A stretch of 64,000 bases of DNA, from the NCBI GenBank assembly GCA_963741325.1, contig CAVUHJ010000002.1, positions 59,373 through 123,372 of the forward strand. The letters run 5' to 3'. Within the stretch, counting starts at the first letter, position 1, and the number at the start of each line of letters is the position of its first letter. A model generated the notes under the pieces. It worked only from the letters and a program-made list of their open reading frames with translations. It searched no databases and was not told where the DNA came from. Source of the DNA: an uncultured Chloroflexia bacterium. Its GTDB lineage: Bacteria; Chloroflexota; Anaerolineae; Anaerolineales; Villigracilaceae. The translations under genes were made by a program, and so were the position numbers. Below are positions 21,182 to 30,553 of the stretch, piece by piece.

Positions 21182-21440
21182 CCCCTCTGATTGTGATCTT
21201 GCTTCGCATCCTATTGGAGAGGGGAGTTCTGTTTCATCCCGTTTTAGTCAAATTGATCCGAGAATGGCTTTTGATGCAGAAGAGCCGCCTCGTTCGGTTT
21301 GGTTAGCTTGGCTGGCTTCGTTCGCCTCGCTACGGACGCGCCTCATGCCGAGCAAAACGCTCGGCATCTTCAACCTTGGCGAGTACGATATCGTCATCAT
21401 GCGGTCGATGGGTGGGAGGCACATACGTGTAGCGGATCGC
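21182..21440 (-). pseudogene. Remnant of the 3' end and downstream flank of a lysK-like gene (outermost copy)
   Basis: 21199-21300 aligns by eye at about 75% with 29836-29940 (GCTTCGC.TCC..TGGAGAGG.GAG..CTGTTTCATCCC..CCGAGAAT.GC..AGAGC.CGCCTCGTTC). Confidence 0.45.
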
Positions 21441-21653
21441 CCCGTTGGGGCAGCCATCTACGCATTTCTTGCAGCCCTTGCACGCCTCCGCATGATCGAC
21501 GCGCGCATGACGATGATTGAAAAAGATTATTTTCCCAAGAACGCCGTTTGGGCATGACTCCACACATTTCCAGCAGGCCTGACATTTGCTGCGGTTGAGT
21601 TCAATGTACTTCGTGGTTGTGTGACTCCGTGAGTGCGAGCGTGCGTGTCGCAT
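21330..21653 (-). CDS. Small 2x[4Fe-4S] ferredoxin-like protein; its C-terminal about 30 codons run into the lysK-like remnant
   Basis: CQACWKCVESCP and CKGCKKCVDGCP cluster motifs; start taken at MRHARSH. Confidence 0.55.
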   Translation of the reverse strand: MRHARSHSRSHTTTKYIELNRSKCQACWKCVESCPNGVLGKIIFFNHRHARVDHAEACKGCKKCVDGCPNGAIRYTYVPPTHRPHDDDIVLAKVEDAERFARHEARP

Positions 21654-21733
21654 GGCTTTGGCCGTTCCTTTCCTTCGTTGACCTGACAGTCTGCCATCGG
21701 CGCAATCGCACCTCTCGCAGAGGTCCGTAGAGG

Positions 21734-21988
21734 TCACACCTGACTCTTGATCAGGCGCGTTAATTGACTCCATATCCAGGGGAGATGCAGGTACAAATGT
21801 ACACCAAGGGTGAGGCACATTGCAACCCCCGCGATCCCGTGGATCCGATGATACATAAACTGGATATGGGTGGCATCCCGCGCAGCAGTGTGCTCCATGA
21901 TTGCGGAGAAAACAACCATCCCCAGGAGTGCAAAAAGGAGAAAGTCTATCATCAGATGTGTTCGGGGCTTCACACCCTTAATCATCAT
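21734..21988 (-). CDS. Small membrane protein (DUF4405-like, His-containing TM helices)
   Basis: MMIKGVKPRTHLMIDFLLFALLG..; ATGA overlap with the upstream TetR stop. Confidence 0.45.
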   Translation of the reverse strand: MMIKGVKPRTHLMIDFLLFALLGMVVFSAIMEHTAARDATHIQFMYHRIHGIAGVAMCLTLGVHLYLHLPWIWSQLTRLIKSQV

Positions 21989-22600
21989 CGGGCCTTCCTT
22001 TTTGATCGGGATTCGCCGGCTTCCATGAATCCGGCACAAAAGAGCTCTTTCATTGCATGGTACAACTCTGCATCTGATAATCCGAAGGACTTCAAGCGTG
22101 GGTTGTCAAAGAGGTTAATAGCCACTTCCAGGAATACGGCTTTAACTAGTGGTCGGTTCAGCCCGGGCCGCAGCCGTGCCTTGCGATCTGTGGCGGCAAA
22201 AAGATGCTCAAATAAGCCGCTCAGCGTGGCAACCCGCACCTCCTGGACCGAACTGTAAACATCGGGGTAGAGGCGCTTCAACTCATCCATTCGAGCAAAC
22301 GCGTCGTCTGCGTGGCAGGGCGCTTAAGCCCTCCCCAATTTGATTCAAGATCTTCTCCCCATCTTCATGCGGGTTATGTTTCAGGTCCGCCAGGCCTTTT
22401 TCAAACACCTGCTCTACACGGAGGAACGTTTCGCGAACCAACCCCTTTTTATCTTCGAAGTGGCGATAGACGGTGACGCGCGTCACGCCCGCACGGTAGG
22501 CAACTTCATTTAGACTGGTCTTGGCGATCCCTCTCTCCGAGAACAACGCCAGCGTAGAGAGCAGGATCTTTTCACTGGTCTGGTCTTCGGGTTTGTTCAT
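21985..22600 (-). CDS. TetR/AcrR-family transcriptional regulator; frame broken near 22300
   Basis: ..ILLSTLALFSERGIAKTSLNEVAYRAGVTRVTVYRHF.. HTH; the C-terminal ligand domain is in the next frame. Confidence 0.8.
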
Positions 22601-22606
22601 GTTACA

Positions 22607-22635
22607 ATAGTATCATATTTTGTATCATCTGTCAA
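22607..22635 (-). promoter_or_regulatory. Sigma-70-like promoter placed for a leaderless TetR mRNA
   Basis: TTGACA-17 nt-TACTAT, then 6 nt to the ATG; the spacer holds GATAC direct repeats (GATGATACAAAATATGATAC). Confidence 0.45.
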
Positions 22636-22759
22636 ATCTGGGGCGCACGAACCTACAAACCACGTATGTTGAAGGCTCTCCCCAACCTGCCTGTGGATAA
22701 AACAGAACAGGCGTGCTACAATTTACGATTAACTACTCACCCCCCGTTGCTCGATTCCC

Positions 22760-22809
22760 CGGAAAATGAATATGGGCAGGGGAGAACACCCGCCCATATT
22801 CATTTTCCG
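22760..22809. repeat. 18-bp perfect-stem hairpin
   Basis: CGGAAAATGAATATGGGC-14 nt-GCCCATATTCATTTTCCG, intergenic. Confidence 0.8.
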
Positions 22810-22931
22810 AAGGTGCAGGTGTACTCCTTGCGCGGGATCTCTTTTCCCATTCCGTGATAACGGAAGGGGAAAAGCTAAAGGTACGTGAGTAGATACATTT
22901 ACGAATTATTTTTTACCGTTAGGAGTCACCC

Positions 22932-23483
22932 ATGGACAAAACCACACGCACCCATCTCGATAACCTTTGGTCTCAAGATAGAGAACTGCAGAACAAAGCC
23001 TTTACCTATATTCTAAAAGTCACGGACAAGCCGGTGGACTGGGCTTACGAGGCCTGGGACGAGCTTCTGCAGAGGCTGAGCAGCAAAGACAACCACGACC
23101 GCGCCATTGCGGCTCAGGTTCTCTGTAACCTTGCCAAAAGCGACCCGAAGAATCGGATGTTAAAGGATTTCAAAGCCCTGCTCGTGGTAACAAAGGATGA
23201 GAGGTTCGTCACCGCGCGGCATTGTATGCAGGCGCTGTGGAAAGTCGGCGTGGCAGGGATACATCAGCGACAGACATATCTGGATGGACTGGAACATCGC
23301 TTCAACGAGTGCATCGCGGAGAAGAACTGCACGCTCATCCGCTACGACATTCTGCGGAGCTTTCGGAATGTGTTTGATGAGGTGAAGGACGAGAAAATAA
23401 GGGCGAAGGCGCTTGAATTGATTCAAACCGAGGACGATCTGAAGTATCGCAAGAAATATACAACGCTGTGGAAAATGCAATAG
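22932..23483 (+). CDS. Hypothetical helical-repeat (HEAT-like) protein
   Basis: Intact 183 aa; RBS AGGAG upstream; no motif I can name. Confidence 0.4.
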   Translation: MDKTTRTHLDNLWSQDRELQNKAFTYILKVTDKPVDWAYEAWDELLQRLSSKDNHDRAIAAQVLCNLAKSDPKNRMLKDFKALLVVTKDERFVTARHCMQALWKVGVAGIHQRQTYLDGLEHRFNECIAEKNCTLIRYDILRSFRNVFDEVKDEKIRAKALELIQTEDDLKYRKKYTTLWKMQ

Positions 23484-23500
23484 GGAATGAGAAACCCAAA

Positions 23501-24728
23501 TCATTGACCGGTACGAGCGAGTACTGCTGTTATAGGCCAAATTATTTTATACGAATCCGGAAAAACTCCACTCTCGGCTCCAGCCGATAACTGTCGAAGG
23601 CGTTCAGTTTGTTCTGGTGAACTTGGGACATCAGGAAATAGCGCATGGGTAGTTGTGCCGGCAATATATGCGTCACTGTTACCAGTAAATTCAGTATATG
23701 GTACAAAGGCAAGAAAAGCCGTAAACCCGTCTTGATCCTTTGAGCTACCAGAACTCATCATCGCCGGATCAAGGTTATTTTAATATCGACTGTGCAGGAT
23801 TCGATGTAGTAATTACTTGAGCCGTGTCAACTGCAGAAAGAAACTGGGCATATTTTGTCGAAGATTGCGTTTGACCTACCGATACTGGCATTTCTGAAGG
23901 TTGTTGGACGAATGTAAAAAAGACAGATATACCGTCATAATCGGTCAACTGATAAAAATATGGAACGGACCGAATCGGGAGTTTAGATAAGAGTATAGAT
24001 GTCTCCGTTGGCGTAAGCATATCGCCCTTGGGATATAGTGCGTTAACCGCACTAACAACCGGAATATCGGTCAGCGTCCAAAGTATCGTTGGATCCGCTC
24101 CTTGAAAAAGCGTATCTAAATAACTATCAGGTAATTCATACGGTCTCCAAGCCGTTGCGATATCAGTCTCCGTTGATTTTAAGTCCCATCGCCAGAGGAT
24201 TATCGGTCAGTTCTTCCTTCGGATCCACTTTATGTCGCCGGATGTTTTGTCTATATCCCATGCGGCAGCATGGAGCACTGGATCGGTCGATCCGTACGGA
24301 AGTACGGCCGAAACGTCTGACGAGGAGAATCTCCACTGTTCACCACTCTGCAATGTGATTTGGAATTCTCCGTTGGGAAGCAAAACCAGATTATCCGTCA
24401 GATGCTGCCCGCCCTGATCAATATAATAATTGCCCGTTGTTGCATCTTTGATAAGGCCCAACTGTATTTGTCTAAGATTAGTATTCAATTTATCAACAAT
24501 TGCCTGCATCTGCTGTCCGGATATCGGCTGTACTGCCGGCGTAGGCGTCGCCGAAGGGATTTCGGTTGGTGAGGGCGTGGGCGAGGCAGCAGCTGCAGTT
24601 TGGGTTAGCAGCTCGGAAGCTGCCTGAGCCACAGCCGTCGCTATGTTATCCACCTTCGGCGAAGCCGGCCCCGTGGCGCAGGCAGCAAGGAAGATTACGA
24701 AAGCGATCATACAATAAATAGATTTCAT
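23501..24728 (-). CDS. Lipoprotein of about 400 aa; frame broken at least 3 times; lower-GC 3' half
   Basis: MKSIYCMIAFVIFLAAC lipobox; ORFs 24207-24764, about 23775-24175 and 23501-23761 continue each other across frame shifts. Confidence 0.45.
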
Positions 24729-24889
24729 TTCGCCTCCCAATGGGTGGTCATCGGAATTATACAACCCCCGATTGGCGCGCCTCGTTCGGTCAGCGCCGCC
24801 TGGCCCGGAGCTTTGATAAATTCAACATGATTTCATTGTATACTATCGAAAGCAACTTGTTTTGATGGCCTTCCACTTGACAATGTGTT

Positions 24890-27409
24890 TTGACCTATTA
24901 TGCGATGATGTCAACAGCAAAATCGAAGCCTTCTCTCCACAATTTACCCGCACGCTTGAGCACTTTTGTGGGGCGGGACCACGAGATCGCCGAAGTCAAA
25001 AGGCAGCTCTCGACCCAACGCTTGCTGACGCTCACGGGCCCCGGTGGTGCTGGTAAGACTCGTCTGGCCTTACAGGTAGCCGCTGGATTGTTGGCAGAGT
25101 TCGAAGATGGCGTGTGGTTCGCCGAACTCGCGTCTCTTGCCGACCCCGTGTTCGTGCCGCAGGCCCTGGCCTCCATTGTGGGTGTTTCTGAACAGCCGGG
25201 GCGTGCCTTGATTGGCGCGCTCACGGATCATTTTTTACATCTCCATTCCCTGGTTCTGCTCGACAACTGCGAGCATCTCATCGGCGCATGTGCGCAGCTC
25301 GCAGACACGCTTTTGAAAGCGTGTCCCGATTTATGGATTCTAGCCACAAGTCGCGAAATATTAGATATCCCGGGCGAAGCGGTTTTTGTCGTCCCGCCTC
25401 TTTCGCTGCCAAAACCTCAGCCTCGGCGGAATCCTGCAAGCGGCCCAGACGCTGTGCCGGCCTATGACGGATCTGAAGCGGTTCGTCTCTTTGTGGAACG
25501 GGCGGCGATCGTTTCGCCCTCCTTTGAGCTCACCGCCGACAATGGCATATGGGTGGCGGAAATTTGCCATCGTTTGGATGGCATGCCGCTCGCCATCGAA
25601 TTGGCGGCCGCGCGTGTGCGGGCTCTATCGGTGCAGCAGATTGCCGGGTATCTCGATGACCGGTTCCACCTCCTCACTGGCGGGAGTCGCACTGCGCCGC
25701 CTAGGCACCAGACGTTGGCGGCCGCACTGGATTGGAGTTATGCGCTGCTCTCGGAAGTGGAACAAAAAGTTCTGCATCGCCTATCGGTTTTTGCGGGCGG
25801 CTGGATGTTGGAAGCTGCTGAAGCCGTTTGCGCGGGCGATGGGGTCGAGGCGGCTGAAGTGTTGGATGCGTTGTCGCATCTCATCGACAAATCCCTGGTC
25901 GTGGCCGACAGGCACGACGATGAGATCCGGTATCACCTTTTGGAAACCATTCGCCAGTATGGACGCGAGAAGCTCGTGCAGGCGGGTGAGGGCGATGGGA
26001 TACGAGATAAGCACCTGAGCTACTATCTCCAATGGGCCGAGAAAGCCAGGGAGTACCTTGGCCGGCCAGAGCAATTTGCCTGGATAAACCGTTTTGAGGC
26101 CGAGCACGATAATATACGAGCCGCGCTCGAATGGAGCCTGGTCAGAGGCGACGGAGCGCTTGAAGTAATGCGGCTGACCTCTGCCACCAGCGATTTCTGG
26201 CAGCTGCGCGGCTATCTCACCGAAGGGCGAATGTGGCTTTCGGCCGCGCTTGCACATAAAGGAGCGCAGCAAAGCACCCTTACTCGTGCTCAAGCTCTCT
26301 ACCATACCAGCATGCTTGCTTTCTATCAGAGCGATTACGCGGTGGTGCGGACGTTGGCTGAGCAGAGTCTGGCGATCTCGAGGGACCTGGGCGCTGCCGG
26401 TCGGTGGGGAGTCGCCAATGCTTTGGAGATGCTGGCGGAAGTTGCTACTGAAACAGGTGATTATTCCGCGGCCCCCGCGCTGTATGAGCAAGCCCTGGCC
26501 ATATTCAAAGAATTAGAGGATTGGGCTGGCGTCGCAGTTGTGCTTAAGATGCTGGGCTGGGGGGCGATGCGCACCGGCGATTATGAGCAGGCACAATCGC
26601 GATTCGAGCAAGCTCTGGTTGCCTGCCGCCAGTCCGGGGATTTGCACCAAATCATCTCGGCCCTGGCCGGTTTGGGAGAGTTGGCGATACGCCGCGGCCA
26701 GTATGACCGGGCCGGCGACTTGCTCAGAGAGAGTCTGGAGAGCAGCCGGCGTTCGGGTGAAAAATGGAGCATTGCCATTGCGCTCGGCTCACTGGGGTGG
26801 GCGGCCTTGCTTCAAGGCGATTTCAAGGAAATGAGGAGATTGCTGGGTGAAAGCCTGAATGTCCGCATGCAAACCAGCGATAGAGGCGGCATTGCCTGGT
26901 GTTTGGAAAAACTCGCGGAAGCGGATAACCTGCAATCTCGCTTTCGGCCCGCCGCGATTATTTTTGGAGCGGCCTCTGCCTTGCGCTCCTCGGTGGGGTC
27001 CGTTATGGATGCCGCGGATCGGCCGGCTTATGAGCGTACGATTTCCATAATTCGAACGAACCTCGGCGAAGAGACGTTCACGGCAGCCTGGGAGGAGGGC
27101 CGCGCGTTGACGGTGGAGGTAGCCGTTGATTATGCTTTATCCGAACCGGTACTGCCCGCTGCTCAATCAGCGCAGGCGGTGAAGGAAGAATTCGGCGGGC
27201 TGACCAGGCGTGAGCGCGAAGTGGCGGTGCTGATTGCCCAGGGCAATTCCAATCGCGAGATCGCCCGCGCCATGACCGTCGGCGTGAAGACCGTCGAAAC
27301 ATATGTGACGCGCATGCTCGGTAAACTCGGGTTTAACTCGCGCGTGCAGATAGCCACCTGGACGATTCAGAAGGGGCTCATTGAAAGGAGTCAAAATGAA
27401 CCAGGCTGA
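24890..27409 (+). CDS. Large LuxR-family regulator (P-loop STAND ATPase + TPR + C-terminal LuxR HTH)
   Basis: Intact 839 aa; FVGRDHEIAEV..LTGPGGAGKTRLA; TPR-like repeats; ..LTRREREVAVLIAQGNSNREIA.. Confidence 0.75.
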   Translation: MTYYAMMSTAKSKPSLHNLPARLSTFVGRDHEIAEVKRQLSTQRLLTLTGPGGAGKTRLALQVAAGLLAEFEDGVWFAELASLADPVFVPQALASIVGVSEQPGRALIGALTDHFLHLHSLVLLDNCEHLIGACAQLADTLLKACPDLWILATSREILDIPGEAVFVVPPLSLPKPQPRRNPASGPDAVPAYDGSEAVRLFVERAAIVSPSFELTADNGIWVAEICHRLDGMPLAIELAAARVRALSVQQIAGYLDDRFHLLTGGSRTAPPRHQTLAAALDWSYALLSEVEQKVLHRLSVFAGGWMLEAAEAVCAGDGVEAAEVLDALSHLIDKSLVVADRHDDEIRYHLLETIRQYGREKLVQAGEGDGIRDKHLSYYLQWAEKAREYLGRPEQFAWINRFEAEHDNIRAALEWSLVRGDGALEVMRLTSATSDFWQLRGYLTEGRMWLSAALAHKGAQQSTLTRAQALYHTSMLAFYQSDYAVVRTLAEQSLAISRDLGAAGRWGVANALEMLAEVATETGDYSAAPALYEQALAIFKELEDWAGVAVVLKMLGWGAMRTGDYEQAQSRFEQALVACRQSGDLHQIISALAGLGELAIRRGQYDRAGDLLRESLESSRRSGEKWSIAIALGSLGWAALLQGDFKEMRRLLGESLNVRMQTSDRGGIAWCLEKLAEADNLQSRFRPAAIIFGAASALRSSVGSVMDAADRPAYERTISIIRTNLGEETFTAAWEEGRALTVEVAVDYALSEPVLPAAQSAQAVKEEFGGLTRREREVAVLIAQGNSNREIARAMTVGVKTVETYVTRMLGKLGFNSRVQIATWTIQKGLIERSQNEPG

Positions 27410-27884
27410 ACGCAGCGCAAAGATCGAAGAGTACGGACGCGGATTCGATTTGTTTACCGCCGCACTGGCCGAGCTCCCGCGTGAGGCCTGGGAGTTCAGG
27501 CCCGCGCCTGGCGAGTGGAGCGTCCATGAAGTCATTGTACACATGGCAGATAGTGAGTCTATCGGCGCGTTGCGCGTCCGTACATTGATTGCCGAACCGG
27601 GCAGTACCCTGATGCCGTATGATGAGGCCAAATGGGCCGAGGCGCTCAACTACCTGAACCAGAACGCGGACGACGCCCTGCAAAGCTTCAGACTGACGCG
27701 GCAGACGACCTATCGCCTGCTTCAGAATTTGCCGGACCCGGTATTCACCCATTCGGTGATCCACCCCGTGTTCGATGAACCTTATACGTTCGATCAATGG
27801 CTCGGCATTTACACGGCTCATGTGCCCGAGCATGTGGGACAATTAAAGAATAACTATCGGGCATGGAAAGAACAAAAGAAGTAA
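27396..27884 (+). CDS. DinB-family (DinB_2) four-helix-bundle protein
   Basis: ..WSVHEVIVHMADSE.. and ..YTAHVPEHVGQL.. His triad pattern. Confidence 0.65.
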   Translation: MNQAERSAKIEEYGRGFDLFTAALAELPREAWEFRPAPGEWSVHEVIVHMADSESIGALRVRTLIAEPGSTLMPYDEAKWAEALNYLNQNADDALQSFRLTRQTTYRLLQNLPDPVFTHSVIHPVFDEPYTFDQWLGIYTAHVPEHVGQLKNNYRAWKEQKK

Positions 27885-27948
27885 TTCCTTCTCTTCCGCA
27901 TCCGGAAAAAACAACCAAAGCATCTCAAATAATCATTCCGAGGACAGC

Positions 27949-27978
27949 AAGCCGCGCGAAATAGGCGCGGCTTTTTTT
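27949..27978 (+). terminator. Intrinsic terminator
   Basis: AAGCCGCGC-gaaatag-GCGCGGCTT followed by TTTTTT. Confidence 0.7.
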
Positions 27979-28009
27979 GCGTGACATCGGAAACAGTGCC
28001 TCAGGAAAA

Positions 28010-28055
28010 TGTAGGGGGTATGCAACGTGCATTTGTAGTGTTTTCCCTGACGACA
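28010..28055 (+). promoter_or_regulatory. Shared upstream module, copy a
   Basis: TGTAGGGGGTATGCAACGTGCATTTGTAGTGTTTTCCCTGACGACA; the last 24 nt are identical at 28521-28544. Confidence 0.4.
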
Positions 28056-28129
28056 GGCGGCGGCTAAGGACGTAAGATGTGTCCAACATTCGGCCGGGCT
28101 TTCCGGCAAACAAAAAGGAGAAAAAACTC

Positions 28130-28342
28130 ATGTCCGCCATCCGTGCCACAATCATGTCCCTAGTATTGGTACTCGTTGTTACTGCAGCCGTCTACTTCGC
28201 CGCGGTTCCACTGCCTGCGATGGCTGCGAAGCCTGCTGCGAGCTGCCCAGTGCCAGGCGTCAGCGCTTTCTCGCTCAGCAATGAGGCTTTGTGGAATATC
28301 CTGAACGGGCGCTATCAGCGCCGCATCGACCTGCCCCGCTAA
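28130..28342 (+). CDS. Small secreted or membrane-anchored protein (70 aa)
   Basis: AAAAGGAG RBS; MSAIRATIMSLVLVLVVTAAVYFAAVPLPAMAA signal-like N-terminus. Confidence 0.4.
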   Translation: MSAIRATIMSLVLVLVVTAAVYFAAVPLPAMAAKPAASCPVPGVSAFSLSNEALWNILNGRYQRRIDLPR

Positions 28343-28422
28343 ACCAAGTTTGCAGGCCCCAAATCTGGACGTTCGTGCTTAAGAGATGCTTTCACGGTTT
28401 CTCCTCCAAAAAGCACACGTCA

Positions 28423-28458
28423 GCCCGCACCAGAGATGCTCTGGTGCGGGCCTTTTAT
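28423..28458 (+). terminator. Intrinsic terminator
   Basis: GCCCGCACCAG-agatgct-CTGGTGCGGGC then CTTTTAT. Confidence 0.6.
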
Positions 28459-28499
28459 ATCTTGTACAGCAGATGGAATGAAGAACCCCCATGGAATAT

Positions 28500-28544
28500 T
28501 GTAGGGGTGTGTGCGGGGCGATTGTAGTGTTTTCCCTGACGACA
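28500..28544 (+). promoter_or_regulatory. Shared upstream module, copy b
   Basis: TGTAGGGGTGTGTGCGGGGCGATTGTAGTGTTTTCCCTGACGACA, 115 nt upstream of the 28660 ATG. Confidence 0.4.
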
Positions 28545-28659
28545 TTTGGCCGCAGAACGCGTAAATTAGAGCTAAGTCCTTGCGGCGAAGGCAATTTCAA
28601 GCAAGCGTCACCATTGAGATGTAAGACACAGCATCTATCCCTGAAAGGAGAACTTTCAA

Positions 28660-28911
28660 ATGCCACTCTTTTTGGATATTCACCAGCATGTGCCCGGATT
28701 GACGGCTGAAGCCGTTGCCGGGGCTCATGAGAAAGACCTTCAAGCCCAGTCTAAACACGGCGTGAAATACTTGAAATACTGGTTCGATGAAAGCACCGGT
28801 AAAGTCTTTTGTCTGGCGGAGGCTCCGAGTAAAGAGGCGGCCGCAGCAGTCCATCGCGAGGCGCACGGTCTTCTCGCCGATGAGATTATCGAAGTGCAGG
28901 AAGGCGCCTAA
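28660..28911 (+). CDS. DUF4242-family small protein (SCO4226-like ferredoxin fold)
   Basis: MPLFLDIHQHVPGLTAEAVAGAHEKDL..YLKYWFDE..GKVFCL..ADEI pattern; RBS AAAGGAG. Confidence 0.55.
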   Translation: MPLFLDIHQHVPGLTAEAVAGAHEKDLQAQSKHGVKYLKYWFDESTGKVFCLAEAPSKEAAAAVHREAHGLLADEIIEVQEGA

Positions 28912-29204
28912 GATCTCGTGCCGAACTTGCCCCAGCCATCCGCCGCTGGCTGGGGCAAGCAACAAGCCGCATCACTTTTTGGGGGAGAAAAATACCAAAC
29001 CGTCCTTTATGACGTAGTTTTAACACACAGCGGAAGGGGAAAACCACCGCTTTTTCTTTTAGCGAAACGAACGCCAGGAGAAGCCTTGGCGAAAGCGTCC
29101 AAGAATAGACCTCGTCCCCGGTCGTCTTCGGCGCGCCTCGCGGCCCTCTGATTGTGACCCTGCTTGGCATCCAAAGTAAGCAGTAACTCCATAATAACGC
29201 CAAT

Positions 29205-29735
29205 CTATGACAACTCAGTTTCTATAAACTTCCTAATTCTCTCATCTGTAAGTTCAACAACAACATTTGGCACACGCTTTCTAAATAATCTTGTCAGTTC
29301 AACATAAAGCCACTCTGCATCCTCCCAAAGAGTTGGCTCATCTGCCCTATAAATGTCAATAACTTCTTTAAAAAAGCGCCAATAACTAAACAAGGTGGAT
29401 GAATAATAAACATAAACTAGTTGCTTATCCAAGATTCTTTTACGGAGAAGAAATCCTATAATTTCATAATGATCTAAGAAGAAGGTTGCATATGCGATAA
29501 ATTGGTTTTGGTCTTTCCTGTTTAATTGCCCCTCAATTTTCTTCTTGACGATTTTTGCAAACCTCAAGCGCCGATCCAGAAACTCATCGCTGCTGAATTC
29601 ACCTGAGTACTTCATCAGAGTATCAATACCTCGACCGATTGCTGCCCGTCTCGCCTCTATCCAAATCGCTATAATCGCGACAAATGCAGCAAGTACAGTC
29701 GCCCAAGCACCAATGGCGCCATAATCAATTTCCAT
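29205..29735 (-). CDS. Hypothetical N-terminally membrane-anchored protein in a low-GC (about 37%) patch
   Basis: Intact 176 aa; one TM (GAWATVLAAFVAIIAIWI) then a Lys/Phe/Tyr-rich helical domain. Confidence 0.45.
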   Translation of the reverse strand: MEIDYGAIGAWATVLAAFVAIIAIWIEARRAAIGRGIDTLMKYSGEFSSDEFLDRRLRFAKIVKKKIEGQLNRKDQNQFIAYATFFLDHYEIIGFLLRKRILDKQLVYVYYSSTLFSYWRFFKEVIDIYRADEPTLWEDAEWLYVELTRLFRKRVPNVVVELTDERIRKFIETELS

Positions 29736-29804
29736 TTTACACTCCCTATTTTATGATTTGACAATTTCATATTACACCCACCTTGCTCAAATCGTCCACC
29801 CCCT

Positions 29805-30150
29805 TCCCTCTGAGAGCGATTCTGGAAGAGATACCGCTTCGCGTCCAACTGGAGAGGCGAGCCTGTTTCATCCCATTTGAGGCGCTAATCGCAACCGAGA
29901 ATAGCGCTTAAGGCAGCAGAGCTCGCCTCGTTCTGTCAGCTTTGCTTGCTCCAACCACAAGCAACGAAATATGTTCATCGGGGCTATGGTCGAGGGCGGG
30001 ATCAACCCGGGCCGTAAACCACCGCGGGGCACTTACATACTGGTGCGACGATGTTCAAGTCGGCATTCCCGGATTTATAAACGAAGCCGGGCTTTCCACC
30101 CGCCGAGCGGGGCCAACCAGCAAATGCATAAACAGCAGCAGTATAACGGT
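29805..30150 (-). pseudogene. 5'-truncated copy of the lysK 3' end with its own stop and downstream flank (middle copy)
   Basis: Encodes ..[38 protein letters not shown].. versus authentic ..[38 protein letters not shown]..; about 80% nt identity by eye over about 150 nt. Confidence 0.65.
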
Positions 30151-30162
30151 GATAATAGTACC

Positions 30163-30191
30163 TTGACAGACATAGTACTTTGTTGTATATT
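30163..30191 (+). promoter_or_regulatory. Sigma-70-like promoter placed for a leaderless PadR mRNA
   Basis: TTGACA-17 nt-TATATT, then 6 nt to the ATG at 30198. Confidence 0.45.
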
Positions 30192-30197
30192 GTACCT

Positions 30198-30539
30198 ATG
30201 GATAAGTCAATGCCCCCCAACAAGATCTCTTCCGACCTGCTGCGTGGCCATACCGATACGATGATTTTACGGCTCTTATCTGAAGCGGATCGTTATGGCT
30301 ACGAAATCGTCAAGCTGATTGCCGAGTGCTCGGGCGGCGAGTATGAATTAAAGGAAGCCACCATGTACTCCTGCGTCCGGCGGCTTGAGGCGGACGGTGA
30401 TATCGAGTGGTACTGGGGCGATGAATCGCAGGGCGGACGGCGTAAGTATTTTCGGATTACCAAAAAAGGTAGGGCCACTTACGCCAGCAACAAAGGCAAT
30501 TGGGAGTATGCAAAGCGCGTGCTCGATAAATTATTGTAA
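30198..30539 (+). CDS. PadR-family transcriptional regulator
   Basis: ..[39 protein letters not shown].. winged helix. Confidence 0.8.
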   Translation: MDKSMPPNKISSDLLRGHTDTMILRLLSEADRYGYEIVKLIAECSGGEYELKEATMYSCVRRLEADGDIEWYWGDESQGGRRKYFRITKKGRATYASNKGNWEYAKRVLDKLL

Positions 30540-30553
30540 GGAGATGTGATGGT

